From IMG/VR virus record IMGVR_UViG_3300011339_000715, positions 1 through 40,933 of that record: DNA of 40,933 nt; one strand, written 5' to 3'. The DNA is from a virus (taxonomy: Duplodnaviria; Caudoviricetes). This document shows positions 24,284 through 33,057 of the stretch, piece by piece. The translations under genes were made by a program, and so were the position numbers. The notes below the pieces were generated by a model. It worked only from the letters and a program-made list of their open reading frames with translations. It had not been told where the DNA came from and ran no database searches. Numbering within the stretch: the first letter of the stretch is position 1; each line of letters opens with the position of its first letter.

Positions 24284-25009
24284 TTAAATTCCGAAAGCGG
24301 CAAAGAACCTCTCAGGGAAAGCTGTAGCCTGTACGGCAATGTCTGCTGGGATGTCCTTGTAGGTCTCTCCCTCGGGTTTGATCCAGCCCTTCTTAATGGC
24401 GCCGGCAGTGACCTTGTCACGTTGTGCCTGACTCTTCTCGGCAAGCAGGCGCTCCATAGGATTGATGCGCTCAATCTTCTCAGGCACCTCCTTTGGCGCC
24501 TCGATCTGTAATGGCTCAGGCTCAGTCACAGCCTGGACTGGCGTGAACTCACCAACCTCCTCGGGAGCATATAGGCCAGATAGGACGCCGGGGAATATGC
24601 CACGGACCGCTTCACTGATGCAGCGAGCTTTGAGCATCTGTCTCGGAAACTTCTTCCAAGTTGGATTCCCAGTGAGGCCGGCCCGCGTAGCGTCCTGCAT
24701 AGTCCAGGATACCTTGAGACTGCCGCCTTGGGGATGGCTGAACGTACCTGACACAGACTCGTGAGTGTACTCGTGCCAGTCCACCTTGCCGCCGGCCTGT
24801 TGAAATCGTGCAAGCATGGCTTCAGACTTCAAGGAAGGCTTACCATTAATGATGTGGTAGTCGCGGGCTGCCTCGGCTGGATGGCGCCCCTCGGCTTGGC
24901 ACAGAAGGCCCAAGGCCAGAGCCTGTGCCGGCGTCTGGATGCCGAACAGTTTGGATTCTGCGATGGCCTTTGCCATCAGTGAGATTTGGTCGATGGGGAT
25001 TAGTTGCAT
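24284..25009 (-). CDS. RecT/Red-beta-like single-strand annealing protein
   Basis: HIINGKPSL, WKKFPRQMLKARCISEAVRGIFP, GLYAPEE motifs. Confidence 0.8.
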   Translation of the reverse strand: MQLIPIDQISLMAKAIAESKLFGIQTPAQALALGLLCQAEGRHPAEAARDYHIINGKPSLKSEAMLARFQQAGGKVDWHEYTHESVSGTFSHPQGGSLKVSWTMQDATRAGLTGNPTWKKFPRQMLKARCISEAVRGIFPGVLSGLYAPEEVGEFTPVQAVTEPEPLQIEAPKEVPEKIERINPMERLLAEKSQAQRDKVTAGAIKKGWIKPEGETYKDIPADIAVQATAFPERFFAAFGI

Positions 25010-25473
25010 TTGGTTTTCATTTTTAGCCCAGCCTCAAGAATAAGGAGAGCGTCTGCGGTTTTCAGGGTAACTGACAGGTTTGGGTAAAGGGCTTGTGCCC
25101 TTCCTTTGAGATGAGCTTTCCAGCGGGGGCCGTGCGTCTTCTTGTCGCCCAGGCCAAGGGCAGCCTGCCATTTCTTTGGAGGGAGATACTCAATCCGCGC
25201 ACCGTAGGCTGCTAGCACGCCTTCAATTCTGCCGTAGTTGCGAAACATTGTGCCAATACTGCTGCCAGACATTTTGCCAGCAAACTTAGGCAATTCTTCA
25301 AGAAATACAGTTGTCCATGCCCACCCAACACCGGGTCTGTGTTGGCAAAGAATACTCAACTGAGTGTCCAAATCGTGAAGAGTCTCCGGCATGGGCAGCG
25401 CATGAACGCTCCCGTCGGTGTCCACATAGGCGATCCCGCCTCCTACACCTGGGTCAATGGCTACGTAATTCAT
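25000..25473 (-). CDS. RuvC-like Holliday junction resolvase
   Basis: AIDPG, VFLEE, F..YG.IEG, PKKWQ, ADALLI catalytic pattern. Confidence 0.82.
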   Translation of the reverse strand: MNYVAIDPGVGGGIAYVDTDGSVHALPMPETLHDLDTQLSILCQHRPGVGWAWTTVFLEELPKFAGKMSGSSIGTMFRNYGRIEGVLAAYGARIEYLPPKKWQAALGLGDKKTHGPRWKAHLKGRAQALYPNLSVTLKTADALLILEAGLKMKTKCN

Positions 25474-26459
25474 TTGGAAGCGACCAGAGGGGCCTTGCCA
25501 ACCTTACGGGACACAACGTATGCAGGCAGTTCGTGCCCGGCTACGCTCCAAAGCTGTTCAGCCTTCTTCGCTGACAGTGATCCGTAGGCGTTGATGGCGT
25601 CTCCTGCGCCGATCAGCCCTTCCTCCACTGCTCTAGCAACGTACTCAGCACCCACAAACTCAGTAGCCCTAGGCTTCTGGAGACGCCACCCTGGCACTTG
25701 CTGACCTGCTTCAAGCAGCTCACAAGCCTTTGCCTTGGCTGCGTCCCTGAAGTCTTCCAGGGTTGAGCAGGCTGCCAAGAACTTGCCAAGCTGCACTGGG
25801 TCGTTGAGCAGCGCCAAGAAACCCTCATCCTGTACGGTCGGCGCCAACCCGGCTACTGTTACCAGTGCGGTGTCTTTCGACTGCACCCGCGCCGGACAAG
25901 TCAGCGACTTCGCACACCAGCCGCAGTAGTCGTTCTGCTTAGGCGCCGTGCCCACGTTATCCAAGATAGCTTGGACCGTCTCCTTCGCACTGGTGTAGGT
26001 CCAGTGCTGGGTCACCATCTTCTGCTGGTCACAGAACAAGAGATGCGTGGTCCACTCCTGCTCAAAGTGTGTCTCCATCAGCCCCAGAGCATAGGCTGCC
26101 ATCTGTCCAGTGTAGTCGTAGACCTGACCAGACTTGAGGTCGATGAGCCACTTGCCACGAACTGCAATGCCGTCTGCTGTGCCCATGTGTTCAAGACCAG
26201 AAGTCTGGATCTTGCACTTGGCATCCGCAGTCTCCAGCCCGTCTGCACCACCGCCAAGCTGAATGCACTGAGCCAGTGCCCAACGGACTGCTGCTGCGTC
26301 CTCGTCACTAAGTTCGCGAGGAAGCTCACCGCTGACCCAGGCGTCCCTGAATACGCCGTCGAGCATGGTGCCCCGGGAGGCTGCACTGCTGTTGCCGGCT
26401 GTGCCTTCGTACTGACCGCACAGGGCCAGCTTGGGAAGGGAGGAGTGTCTAATTTTCAA
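25470..26459 (-). CDS. Cas4-like PD-(D/E)XK exonuclease (DUF2800-like); likely TTG start at 26459
   Basis: N-terminal Cys, RGT.L, GTAD, IDLKSG, QMAAYA, CxxCx5C Fe-S motif; GGAGG upstream of TTG. Confidence 0.8.
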   Translation of the reverse strand: MKIRHSSLPKLALCGQYEGTAGNSSAASRGTMLDGVFRDAWVSGELPRELSDEDAAAVRWALAQCIQLGGGADGLETADAKCKIQTSGLEHMGTADGIAVRGKWLIDLKSGQVYDYTGQMAAYALGLMETHFEQEWTTHLLFCDQQKMVTQHWTYTSAKETVQAILDNVGTAPKQNDYCGWCAKSLTCPARVQSKDTALVTVAGLAPTVQDEGFLALLNDPVQLGKFLAACSTLEDFRDAAKAKACELLEAGQQVPGWRLQKPRATEFVGAEYVARAVEEGLIGAGDAINAYGSLSAKKAEQLWSVAGHELPAYVVSRKVGKAPLVASK

Positions 26460-26670
26460 GGTGATCCTCCACGTTGAATTTGAGTTTGTTCTGCTTTGCA
26501 ACAGCGAGAAGCTGGAGAAAGCGAGGCATAGGAATCGACTCGTGGTAGAGCCAGTTGTCGATGGTGCGGTGACTCAGCTCGATGCCGGCTGCACAGAACT
26601 TCTTGTAAAGCTCGATGCGACCTCCAAAGAACCGAACCACACTTTGCACGTTGATGCTTGGTGTTTTCAT
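26449..26670 (-). CDS. Cro-like HTH transcriptional regulator
   Basis: VVRFFGG..LSHRTIDNW..SIP; first gene of the replication operon. Confidence 0.7.
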   Translation of the reverse strand: MKTPSINVQSVVRFFGGRIELYKKFCAAGIELSHRTIDNWLYHESIPMPRFLQLLAVAKQNKLKFNVEDHLEN

Positions 26671-26680
26671 GTCGAAAACA

Positions 26681-26695
26681 TGCGTATTGTACGCA
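26681..26695. promoter_or_regulatory. Palindromic operator overlapping a TACAAT -10-like element upstream of the cro-like gene
   Basis: TGCGTA-TTG-TACGCA. Confidence 0.55.
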
Positions 26696-26742
26696 GATCA
26701 GACGCGCAACAAAAAACGTACTCTTTTTTTTAACCCGTCAAA

Positions 26743-26772
26743 TTTGGTAACGAAATCTGTTTCGTCACCAAA
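26743..26772 (-). other. 13 bp inverted repeat (hairpin/terminator or protein-binding site)
   Basis: TTTGGTAACGAAA-TCTG-TTTCGTCACCAAA; the single mismatch is a G.U pair on - strand RNA. Confidence 0.55.
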
Positions 26773-26850
26773 ACGTAAGTCCCTTTGTTTCATGTGGAAG
26801 CACCCCTGCACCCAGTCGCAGGATCTCCCTGCGCACCATCCGGGAAATCG

Positions 26851-27456
26851 TTACTCGCCAGCGGGAATCAGCCCGCCTTCAAAGAGGTCGCCCTCCTGTA
26901 CCCTGCGCCGCCTAAGCCCTTCAAGCGTAGGCCACAGCCTCTTCATCTCGCGAAATTGTTTGGGAATCTCTTTCAGATTGCCAGTGCGCAGAAGTGCTTG
27001 AATGTTACACATTTCCCTGCGCCGTTCACCATTGAGGCTCGATCCACGATTAAAGACCAAAGAGACAAGTGCCGCTGCGCAGTCCCCGGGCAGATCAACC
27101 ATCTGCGGGTAGATCCTAAGCGTGCGCATGTACCATGCCGGCAGCGTGACGTTCTCAAACACAGAAAGTGCTGATGCCCATGGGACTGTAAGGTGCCGAA
27201 CATGTGGCAATACCTCTTTAGCAGCCTCTCCTTTGCGCCCCGAAACGCTGACAAGCAGCGCCAGCGTTGCTGCGTTCAAATGAGGCGACCAAGCCCGGCT
27301 GGTCTCAACTGCTGAAGTGTGGCCCAGATCCCAGCCTACACCTATGGTCACTCCAGACTCTGCACCAGGCCACTCGGGATGCTTGTCGTAGTAAGATTCC
27401 CCGCCGGTCTCCCAGTTGATGATGGCCTGAATGCCTTTAGTCGATAGATTCGTCAT
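26851..27456 (-). CDS. Endolysin (lysozyme-like muramidase, pesticin/GH24-related)
   Basis: IINWETGG, WPGAESGVTIGVGWDLG, ALVSLVFNRG, GLRRRRVQEGDLF. Confidence 0.85.
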   Translation of the reverse strand: MTNLSTKGIQAIINWETGGESYYDKHPEWPGAESGVTIGVGWDLGHTSAVETSRAWSPHLNAATLALLVSVSGRKGEAAKEVLPHVRHLTVPWASALSVFENVTLPAWYMRTLRIYPQMVDLPGDCAAALVSLVFNRGSSLNGERRREMCNIQALLRTGNLKEIPKQFREMKRLWPTLEGLRRRRVQEGDLFEGGLIPAGE

Positions 27457-27658
27457 CGTCCTCCTCTAATACGTCCACTGGTTCCTCTGACCACCTCATA
27501 GCCTGATACAGACGGGCAAACAGGCTCCCTGAGCCAGCTTCAAAAGTCTGGTAAGTGTCGGTGTCTGAGTCATGCGCCAAGATTTGAACGCAGTCAAAAT
27601 GCTCGCCAAGGTCTGCTGCAACCTTCTCCAAGTAGTCTTGCTTTTCTTGAGCGGTCAT
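27437..27658 (-). CDS. Hypothetical acidic protein (73 aa)
   Basis: Overlapping coupled ORF. Confidence 0.7.
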   Translation of the reverse strand: MTAQEKQDYLEKVAADLGEHFDCVQILAHDSDTDTYQTFEAGSGSLFARLYQAMRWSEEPVDVLEEDDDESID

Positions 27659-27876
27659 AGTTTTCCAGTGTGGTAGTGGTTGGCATTATACACCTTGCCA
27701 TCCCGTGTTACTGTCCGAAATTTGCGAACCTCCCACTGCTTACGACGCACCATATTCTCGACCGCTGTGCGTTTCCCGCCCAGTTTATCCATCAGCTCGT
27801 TGATGGTGTACCAGCCCTCTGGAGCAGGTTCTCCAGCGAGTTCATATTTCAGGAGTTGAAGTAAAGTGGTTTTCAT
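27655..27876 (-). CDS. Small HTH-like protein (73 aa)
   Basis: PEGWYTINELMDKLGGKRTAV; ATGA overlaps. Confidence 0.65.
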   Translation of the reverse strand: MKTTLLQLLKYELAGEPAPEGWYTINELMDKLGGKRTAVENMVRRKQWEVRKFRTVTRDGKVYNANHYHTGKL

Positions 27877-28619
27877 ACCGGCAATCTAAAGTCGTGGGCC
27901 TGTGTCTCCTTAGCAAGCCAAACCACAGTCTCTGAGTCGCAGTATTCTCCCCAAGCAAATCCACGGCTCCACGAAGTTGTCGCCCTGCGGTTGGCCGCGT
28001 ATCCCATTGCGTCCTTGTCGCCCAGCCAGCCAACGCAATATCCGGTCGGATGCGACCTGGTGCGCCCCTCTGCCTGCTGTACTCGGTGTAGGTGAGCGAT
28101 GACCACCTTACTCGCACTTCCACCACATACGGCTTCTGCGTGATCCCTTACGGCGGCCTCATTAATCATATAGCCGTGGCCCATGAGGCAATCTCCAATC
28201 TGGCGCCAGCCATGTTGAAAATTATAGTCGATGACCTCGCACCGCATACGTCTGGCCTGATCGGTGATCTGGCCCATCACACGGCCAGCTAATGAGCTTA
28301 CAATGGCCTTTGGTGATTCCATCAGCGTGTTCAAGCGGGCCTCATGGTTGCCAAGGAAATAAAGTCTTGGTTCAAGCTGGTGGAGGAAGGCCAGCCCGTC
28401 TTGCAGGTCACCCTCGGGATCTGCACTTTCGTCCCGCGTTCCCGCACAGCCCTGGCGAAGGCAGGCCAAATCAATAGCATCCCCCAAATGGATCGTGGTG
28501 TGTGGCTTCCAGCGCGCCTTAAACGCCAGCACACGTTTTAGGAGCTGCTGGTCAGCGTGGTGGCCGTGACTGCACCCAACGGCAAGGAACCGTTTCCAGT
28601 TCCGAGTGATGTTAGCCAT
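27873..28619 (-). CDS. Calcineurin-like metallophosphoesterase (start MANITR at 28619)
   Basis: GCSHG, HLGDAID, LGNHE, HG, AHLH motifs; TAATG overlap. Confidence 0.85.
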   Translation of the reverse strand: MANITRNWKRFLAVGCSHGHHADQQLLKRVLAFKARWKPHTTIHLGDAIDLACLRQGCAGTRDESADPEGDLQDGLAFLHQLEPRLYFLGNHEARLNTLMESPKAIVSSLAGRVMGQITDQARRMRCEVIDYNFQHGWRQIGDCLMGHGYMINEAAVRDHAEAVCGGSASKVVIAHLHRVQQAEGRTRSHPTGYCVGWLGDKDAMGYAANRRATTSWSRGFAWGEYCDSETVVWLAKETQAHDFRLPV

Positions 28620-28789
28620 TATTTGCGAAGGCTGCGGACAGTCTCCACAATCTTGAGTGCCGTAAAGACTGCTGCAAGCAGACAGCCCGTCACCCGAATC
28701 CACTGCTCTGCTTCAGACAGCGAGAGCGCCAGCGCCGATACATTTGCCAGATTGACTGTGGCTAAGTCAAAAAGGTGCCGGCTATGCAT
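28619..28789 (-). CDS. Small holin-like membrane protein (56 aa, start MHSRHLF)
   Basis: Hydrophobic helices, basic C-terminus. Confidence 0.6.
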   Translation of the reverse strand: MHSRHLFDLATVNLANVSALALSLSEAEQWIRVTGCLLAAVFTALKIVETVRSLRK

Positions 28790-29015
28790 GTGCGAGGAAA
28801 GTTGAGCCTGGTCCCGGGACTGTGGGTAGTTTTCCATTTGCATCGTAGATTCCAGAGTAAGGCATGATCTTGTCTGGCGGGAGGCCAACGCCGTCAGTCG
28901 ATGCCGGGGGCAGCGCACGTTTAATCGTAGCCAACACTTGCAAGCCGGCAGGTGGTGTGGCGCCCAAGTAACGAGCTTGCAGGCCAGGGATAACAGGAAC
29001 GGGTAGGACAGTCAT
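28782..29015 (-). CDS. Pro/Gly-rich hypothetical protein (77 aa)
   Basis: Coupled ORF between membrane genes. Confidence 0.68.
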   Translation of the reverse strand: MTVLPVPVIPGLQARYLGATPPAGLQVLATIKRALPPASTDGVGLPPDKIMPYSGIYDANGKLPTVPGPGSTFLAHA

Positions 29016-29017
29016 GG

Positions 29018-29185
29018 CTATCTACGTTCGTTACGAATTACGTCGATGAGGCCAAAGATGCCCACGATTGCGGTCGTCAAGGCGCCGCCCACGCCGGTCG
29101 AGTAAAGGCCAAAAGCTGCACCCATTTTGGCAAGACCCAGCCATGTCGAAGGCTGATGAATGTAAGATTGGAGTAGTGTCTTCAT
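29018..29185 (-). CDS. Putative holin (55 aa, start MKTLLQ)
   Basis: QPSTWLGL motif, two hydrophobic segments, charged tail IRNERR. Confidence 0.68.
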   Translation of the reverse strand: MKTLLQSYIHQPSTWLGLAKMGAAFGLYSTGVGGALTTAIVGIFGLIDVIRNERR

Positions 29186-29187
29186 AG

Positions 29188-29478
29188 TCAGAAAATCCAC
29201 GAGCGCAACAGTGCCACAGCTACACAGGCAATGGAAGGGAGAATGAAATCCAGTAGTCCCTTTATGGTCCACGCACGGGGCTCCAGGCCGCCAAAGTATG
29301 GCATGTTCTTGCGCCGGCCATCGTAGTTCGCCTCGATGTTGCGGTATTCGGCCTGAGCGTATTCGCGGCCAATAAAGTAGAACGAGCCAGCAGCAGCACC
29401 AGTCCACCAGTCACCGCTGGCAAGGCCAATAACGGCTTGCAGGACCAAAGCGATCACTGGGTGAGCTAGGTGGTGCAT
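29188..29478 (-). CDS. Small membrane-type protein (96 aa)
   Basis: Hydrophobic helices, GREYAQAE and LLDFILP motifs. Confidence 0.7.
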   Translation of the reverse strand: MHHLAHPVIALVLQAVIGLASGDWWTGAAAGSFYFIGREYAQAEYRNIEANYDGRRKNMPYFGGLEPRAWTIKGLLDFILPSIACVAVALLRSWIF

Positions 29479-29481
29479 AGG

Positions 29482-31179
29482 CTATTGTCCGTTCGGCCAA
29501 TTTGCGCGAAGAAGTTTAAGACCACACATTCTAACAGTTGAAACACTTCCTTTTACACCAACGCCAATGTAATACACGCTGGATGATGGCACCGCGAAGT
29601 AGGCCCTAATGTATTGCCAAGACGTTGTAATGTTTGGGAGAGGATTGTTTTGATCTACAGCAACAATCCAAGCACTTGCTCCAGCCAATGGAACTCCAGA
29701 TGCATCAAGTGCCAGAGCAACAAGAGATCCCTGTGATCCAGCGGCTATTCTGACCCAGCCCTCAATGGAAAACTTGTCATCTGCTGCAACAGGAATACAA
29801 GTTGACTTTACTGTTGCAAGGCTTGTCGTATCAGCAGTTGAAAGCGCTGCTTCTCCACCAGCGATAATTTCAAGAGAATTTCTAAAGTTTGTTCCGGCGG
29901 GAACATCAGCGTTTAACCCAATAGAAGTTCCTGCTCCGTATTGATTGTAAAGATACCAACCATTTGTGGTTGCTCCTGTAATATCAACAGAATATGGAAC
30001 GAGGCTTTGATTGTTTGTATTTATAAGAAATGTGGCAGCATATAAGCCAGATGCTGTAGTTCTCCAGCGGCAATTGTTAAAAGAAGAATTTCGGCTACTT
30101 CCATTTATAACTGTCGCCAATAAATTCCACTCTGAAAAATTGCAATTATCAAAGATATATTCAATTACATCAGATGACCCGTAATTATAAACAACAGGCA
30201 TGTTGTCGTACGATCCAGTGCCTGTTGCTCTGTAGAAGTTGTGATTTGCAAAGTTGATCTTAGAATACTGTGAAGCAGAAACAGGAACAATAATTGCAGA
30301 ATTGCTATCTCTTGTGATTTCAGTCCTTCCACTACATGCGATAATTCTGCCTGCATTAACAATGCCGGCAGATGCCATTTCAAACATGCAGCTTTCTAGG
30401 TAGACCTCAGACAATTCAACATCAGATGGCGTTGCTGTGTTTGCGTTTACTTCGTACCCATACAAGCAAGGCGTGCCATAGGTTGCTGCGTTTTGAATCT
30501 CGCACGAGTCAAGTACCAGTACGCCAGAGAATTGTTCAAACGAACGCATGTCAGCACCAATAAATCCTCCTGGATTTGGTGAAGCAGCCCACTCTTCTGG
30601 ACCGGCAGAAAGCTGACCTCCACTCACTATCAAACGGCCATTTCTGTGATTGTTGTATAGTGGTCGCTCAATGCCACGGCACATCAATGCAAAAATAGAG
30701 TTTTCGCTTTGAGCAAACAATGTAGACGCAGCAGTGGGCAATGCCCCATAAATTAGTCCACGTTTTGCGTACCTAAACTCTAGGTTTGTAAAGCTATTAA
30801 ACTGCGAAGACCTGTCTGCATCATACCACCACATCAGAGTGGTGTAGTTCGTCTTAAAGTTGCCATTTAACTTTAATCCGTACACGTTACAGTGAACTCC
30901 CTTAAACCTAAGAAGACAGTCCTGTGCGGTGGAAGATCTGGCAACCAACTGTGCTCCGTCAAAAAACAAGTCCGCATCCGTAAGGTCAATAGTCAGCGTG
31001 GAAACACTGTAACTTCCAGCAGGAAACCAAAGAGCTTTTTCTGACAATGTTGCAACATAAGACAGGGCGGCCTGAATTGCAGCCGTATCATCAGTCACTC
31101 CATCTCCAACGGCTCCAAATTGGAGCACTGAGACGATGCCGTTTAACTTCGATGCGTTTTGAAAAGATTTGCTGCTCAT
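29482..31179 (-). CDS. Tailspike 2 / polysaccharide depolymerase (beta-helix) with a very short N-terminal anchor
   Basis: VSVLQFGAVGDGVTDDTAAIQAA..LWFPAGSY pectate-lyase-3-like start; CBM-like C-terminus. Confidence 0.85.
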   Translation of the reverse strand: MSSKSFQNASKLNGIVSVLQFGAVGDGVTDDTAAIQAALSYVATLSEKALWFPAGSYSVSTLTIDLTDADLFFDGAQLVARSSTAQDCLLRFKGVHCNVYGLKLNGNFKTNYTTLMWWYDADRSSQFNSFTNLEFRYAKRGLIYGALPTAASTLFAQSENSIFALMCRGIERPLYNNHRNGRLIVSGGQLSAGPEEWAASPNPGGFIGADMRSFEQFSGVLVLDSCEIQNAATYGTPCLYGYEVNANTATPSDVELSEVYLESCMFEMASAGIVNAGRIIACSGRTEITRDSNSAIIVPVSASQYSKINFANHNFYRATGTGSYDNMPVVYNYGSSDVIEYIFDNCNFSEWNLLATVINGSSRNSSFNNCRWRTTASGLYAATFLINTNNQSLVPYSVDITGATTNGWYLYNQYGAGTSIGLNADVPAGTNFRNSLEIIAGGEAALSTADTTSLATVKSTCIPVAADDKFSIEGWVRIAAGSQGSLVALALDASGVPLAGASAWIVAVDQNNPLPNITTSWQYIRAYFAVPSSSVYYIGVGVKGSVSTVRMCGLKLLRANWPNGQ

Positions 31180-31385
31180 AGGTTGTTAGGAGATGCGTCT
31201 GTGACGGGCAGATTGTGATTACTACCGGTGGGAGCGTCATCACCTTGACGCTGGTCAAACTGCCGCTGGATCTGGCTGTTGATGCTCGAGATCAACGGAG
31301 CTGCCAGACGATAGGGGACTTCGAGCAGGGCAGTGTTGAGGACTTGGAGTTGCTCCTGTGTGAAAGAGAGGGTGGTTTTTTCCAT
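31176..31385 (-). CDS. Small protein after tailspike 1 (possible assembly chaperone)
   Basis: LQVLNTALLEVPYRLAAPLISSINSQ; position. Confidence 0.6.
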   Translation of the reverse strand: MEKTTLSFTQEQLQVLNTALLEVPYRLAAPLISSINSQIQRQFDQRQGDDAPTGSNHNLPVTDASPNNL

Positions 31386-31389
31386 AAAA

Positions 31390-33057
31390 TTAAGCGTTGT
31401 AGTAGGGTATCCGTATTTCTACGCCTTCTGCATAGCCTTTAATAAACCCTCGTGGATTTGCTGGTAATGCAGCTGCGCCCGCAGACGCAGATGTGGTTGT
31501 GCCATTTCCGATGGACGTATTTCCAGCTCCAACAGCCTGAGCCGCTCCTGTCATTGCGTAGCTTTTGCCACTAACATTTCCTAATGTATCGACTGAAAAT
31601 AATTGAGCAGTGTTATCTGCATTGATTGCGTTTACAAAGTAACCAGAGGGACTTGTGTTTGTCAGCCTCTGAAGTAATAGGACACTTCCAGAATTATTTA
31701 TCTGAAGAGCTTGAATGGTTGATCCACCATACCTAACAGGCACAGTCCCAAATACAGCAGCATTCTCTAGCTCAGGAGTGCTTTCAACATAAATTCCAAT
31801 TCTAGAATGCCTTATTGCAAGGCCAAACAAGAACTTTCCACTTGTTGCTCCAGTGCTAATTCTGTCGAGCTTTATTCCAAATGTAATGTCCCCGCCACCA
31901 CCAGATGTAACAGCAAGCCCAAGCTGTGTTCCGGCACTTGGTGAAGTGTAGTTCTCTACATTAATTTCAATTCCCCAAATGTTCCCAGATGAACCCACAT
32001 TAGCAACAACTGCGGAATTTAATCCTGTGTTGATGCTGTAAGTTCCAGGAGCATTTAATGCTGCTCCCAAAAATAATGCTCCGTACCCCCTTGAATCGGT
32101 TGCAGGCTGAATTGATTCAATAGCGTGAGCAAATGTTGCCGCTCCGTCTATTACGTTATGTGCTTTTTTCTGAACCTCCCATATACCGTTTGTTCTGCAT
32201 GTGGTATTGGCAAAAAAATTAGGCCACGGAGATGTTCCGTTAAAGACTGCGCCTGGAGATATAAGCCAGTTGATGCTTTTTGTTCCAATGCTAGGCGCAG
32301 AGTTCAGCCTATATGTTCCATTTGGAACTGCAATGTTTCCACCAGTGGCTGGAAGTGAATCAACCGCTGCCTGAAATTGCGATATTGTATCAGTTCCACC
32401 AGTAAGATCAGCACCAAAGTCCAACACAGATACACTCTCACGAGCCTTGTCTTGGATGTTACGAGCAACTGCTCCAGTCCCGGCCTGAATAAAAGACACT
32501 CCACTTCCTGAAATGTTCCCCCCAGTAATAACGGCACCACCTTGAAACAAGAACTGGTCACCAGCAGTAGCAGGCGCAGTCAGCGTGACAGTCGAAGAGT
32601 TCGTCTCCAGATAGTCCAAATTTAAGTTTAGTCTAAGTCCGTTGCGGTAGACCTCTAGCGTGTCAGTGCCAGGCAGGTAAGTAAACGCAGTCAACGCAAA
32701 GGTAAGCTGGTTAACCCCAGCAGTGATGAGTTGCGTGGAGATATCAAAGACAGACGTAGGCGCATCAGACTGGTCAAACGCAGAGAACACGAGTGCACGG
32801 TTCTTGTTCCTGACCGTGATCGAGTAAGTGTCAGTCGCGACATACAGCCTGCTGGCAGTGCCAGCACGGCTTGGATAGCCACCAACAGTCCTGATAGGCT
32901 GCCCAGCAGGAATGGTCAATGCAGCGTCCCAGAACACGTTTACAGGGGCTGTTTCCGGGTTCAGGTTAGACTGGCCTAGATAGATGTAACCGCCCTCTAG
33001 CGGGGCGCCTGTGGTGTCCGTGAAGAACGGGAATGGGGATACGATGGAAGAGGACAT
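31390..33057 (-). CDS. Tailspike 1 with P22-type head-binding domain
   Basis: PFPFFTDTTGAPLEGGYIYLGQSNLNP..QPIRTVGGYP..YSITVRNKN head-binding motif; ESVSVLDFGA..VPNGTY spike start. Confidence 0.88.
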   Translation of the reverse strand: MSSSIVSPFPFFTDTTGAPLEGGYIYLGQSNLNPETAPVNVFWDAALTIPAGQPIRTVGGYPSRAGTASRLYVATDTYSITVRNKNRALVFSAFDQSDAPTSVFDISTQLITAGVNQLTFALTAFTYLPGTDTLEVYRNGLRLNLNLDYLETNSSTVTLTAPATAGDQFLFQGGAVITGGNISGSGVSFIQAGTGAVARNIQDKARESVSVLDFGADLTGGTDTISQFQAAVDSLPATGGNIAVPNGTYRLNSAPSIGTKSINWLISPGAVFNGTSPWPNFFANTTCRTNGIWEVQKKAHNVIDGAATFAHAIESIQPATDSRGYGALFLGAALNAPGTYSINTGLNSAVVANVGSSGNIWGIEINVENYTSPSAGTQLGLAVTSGGGGDITFGIKLDRISTGATSGKFLFGLAIRHSRIGIYVESTPELENAAVFGTVPVRYGGSTIQALQINNSGSVLLLQRLTNTSPSGYFVNAINADNTAQLFSVDTLGNVSGKSYAMTGAAQAVGAGNTSIGNGTTTSASAGAAALPANPRGFIKGYAEGVEIRIPYYNA

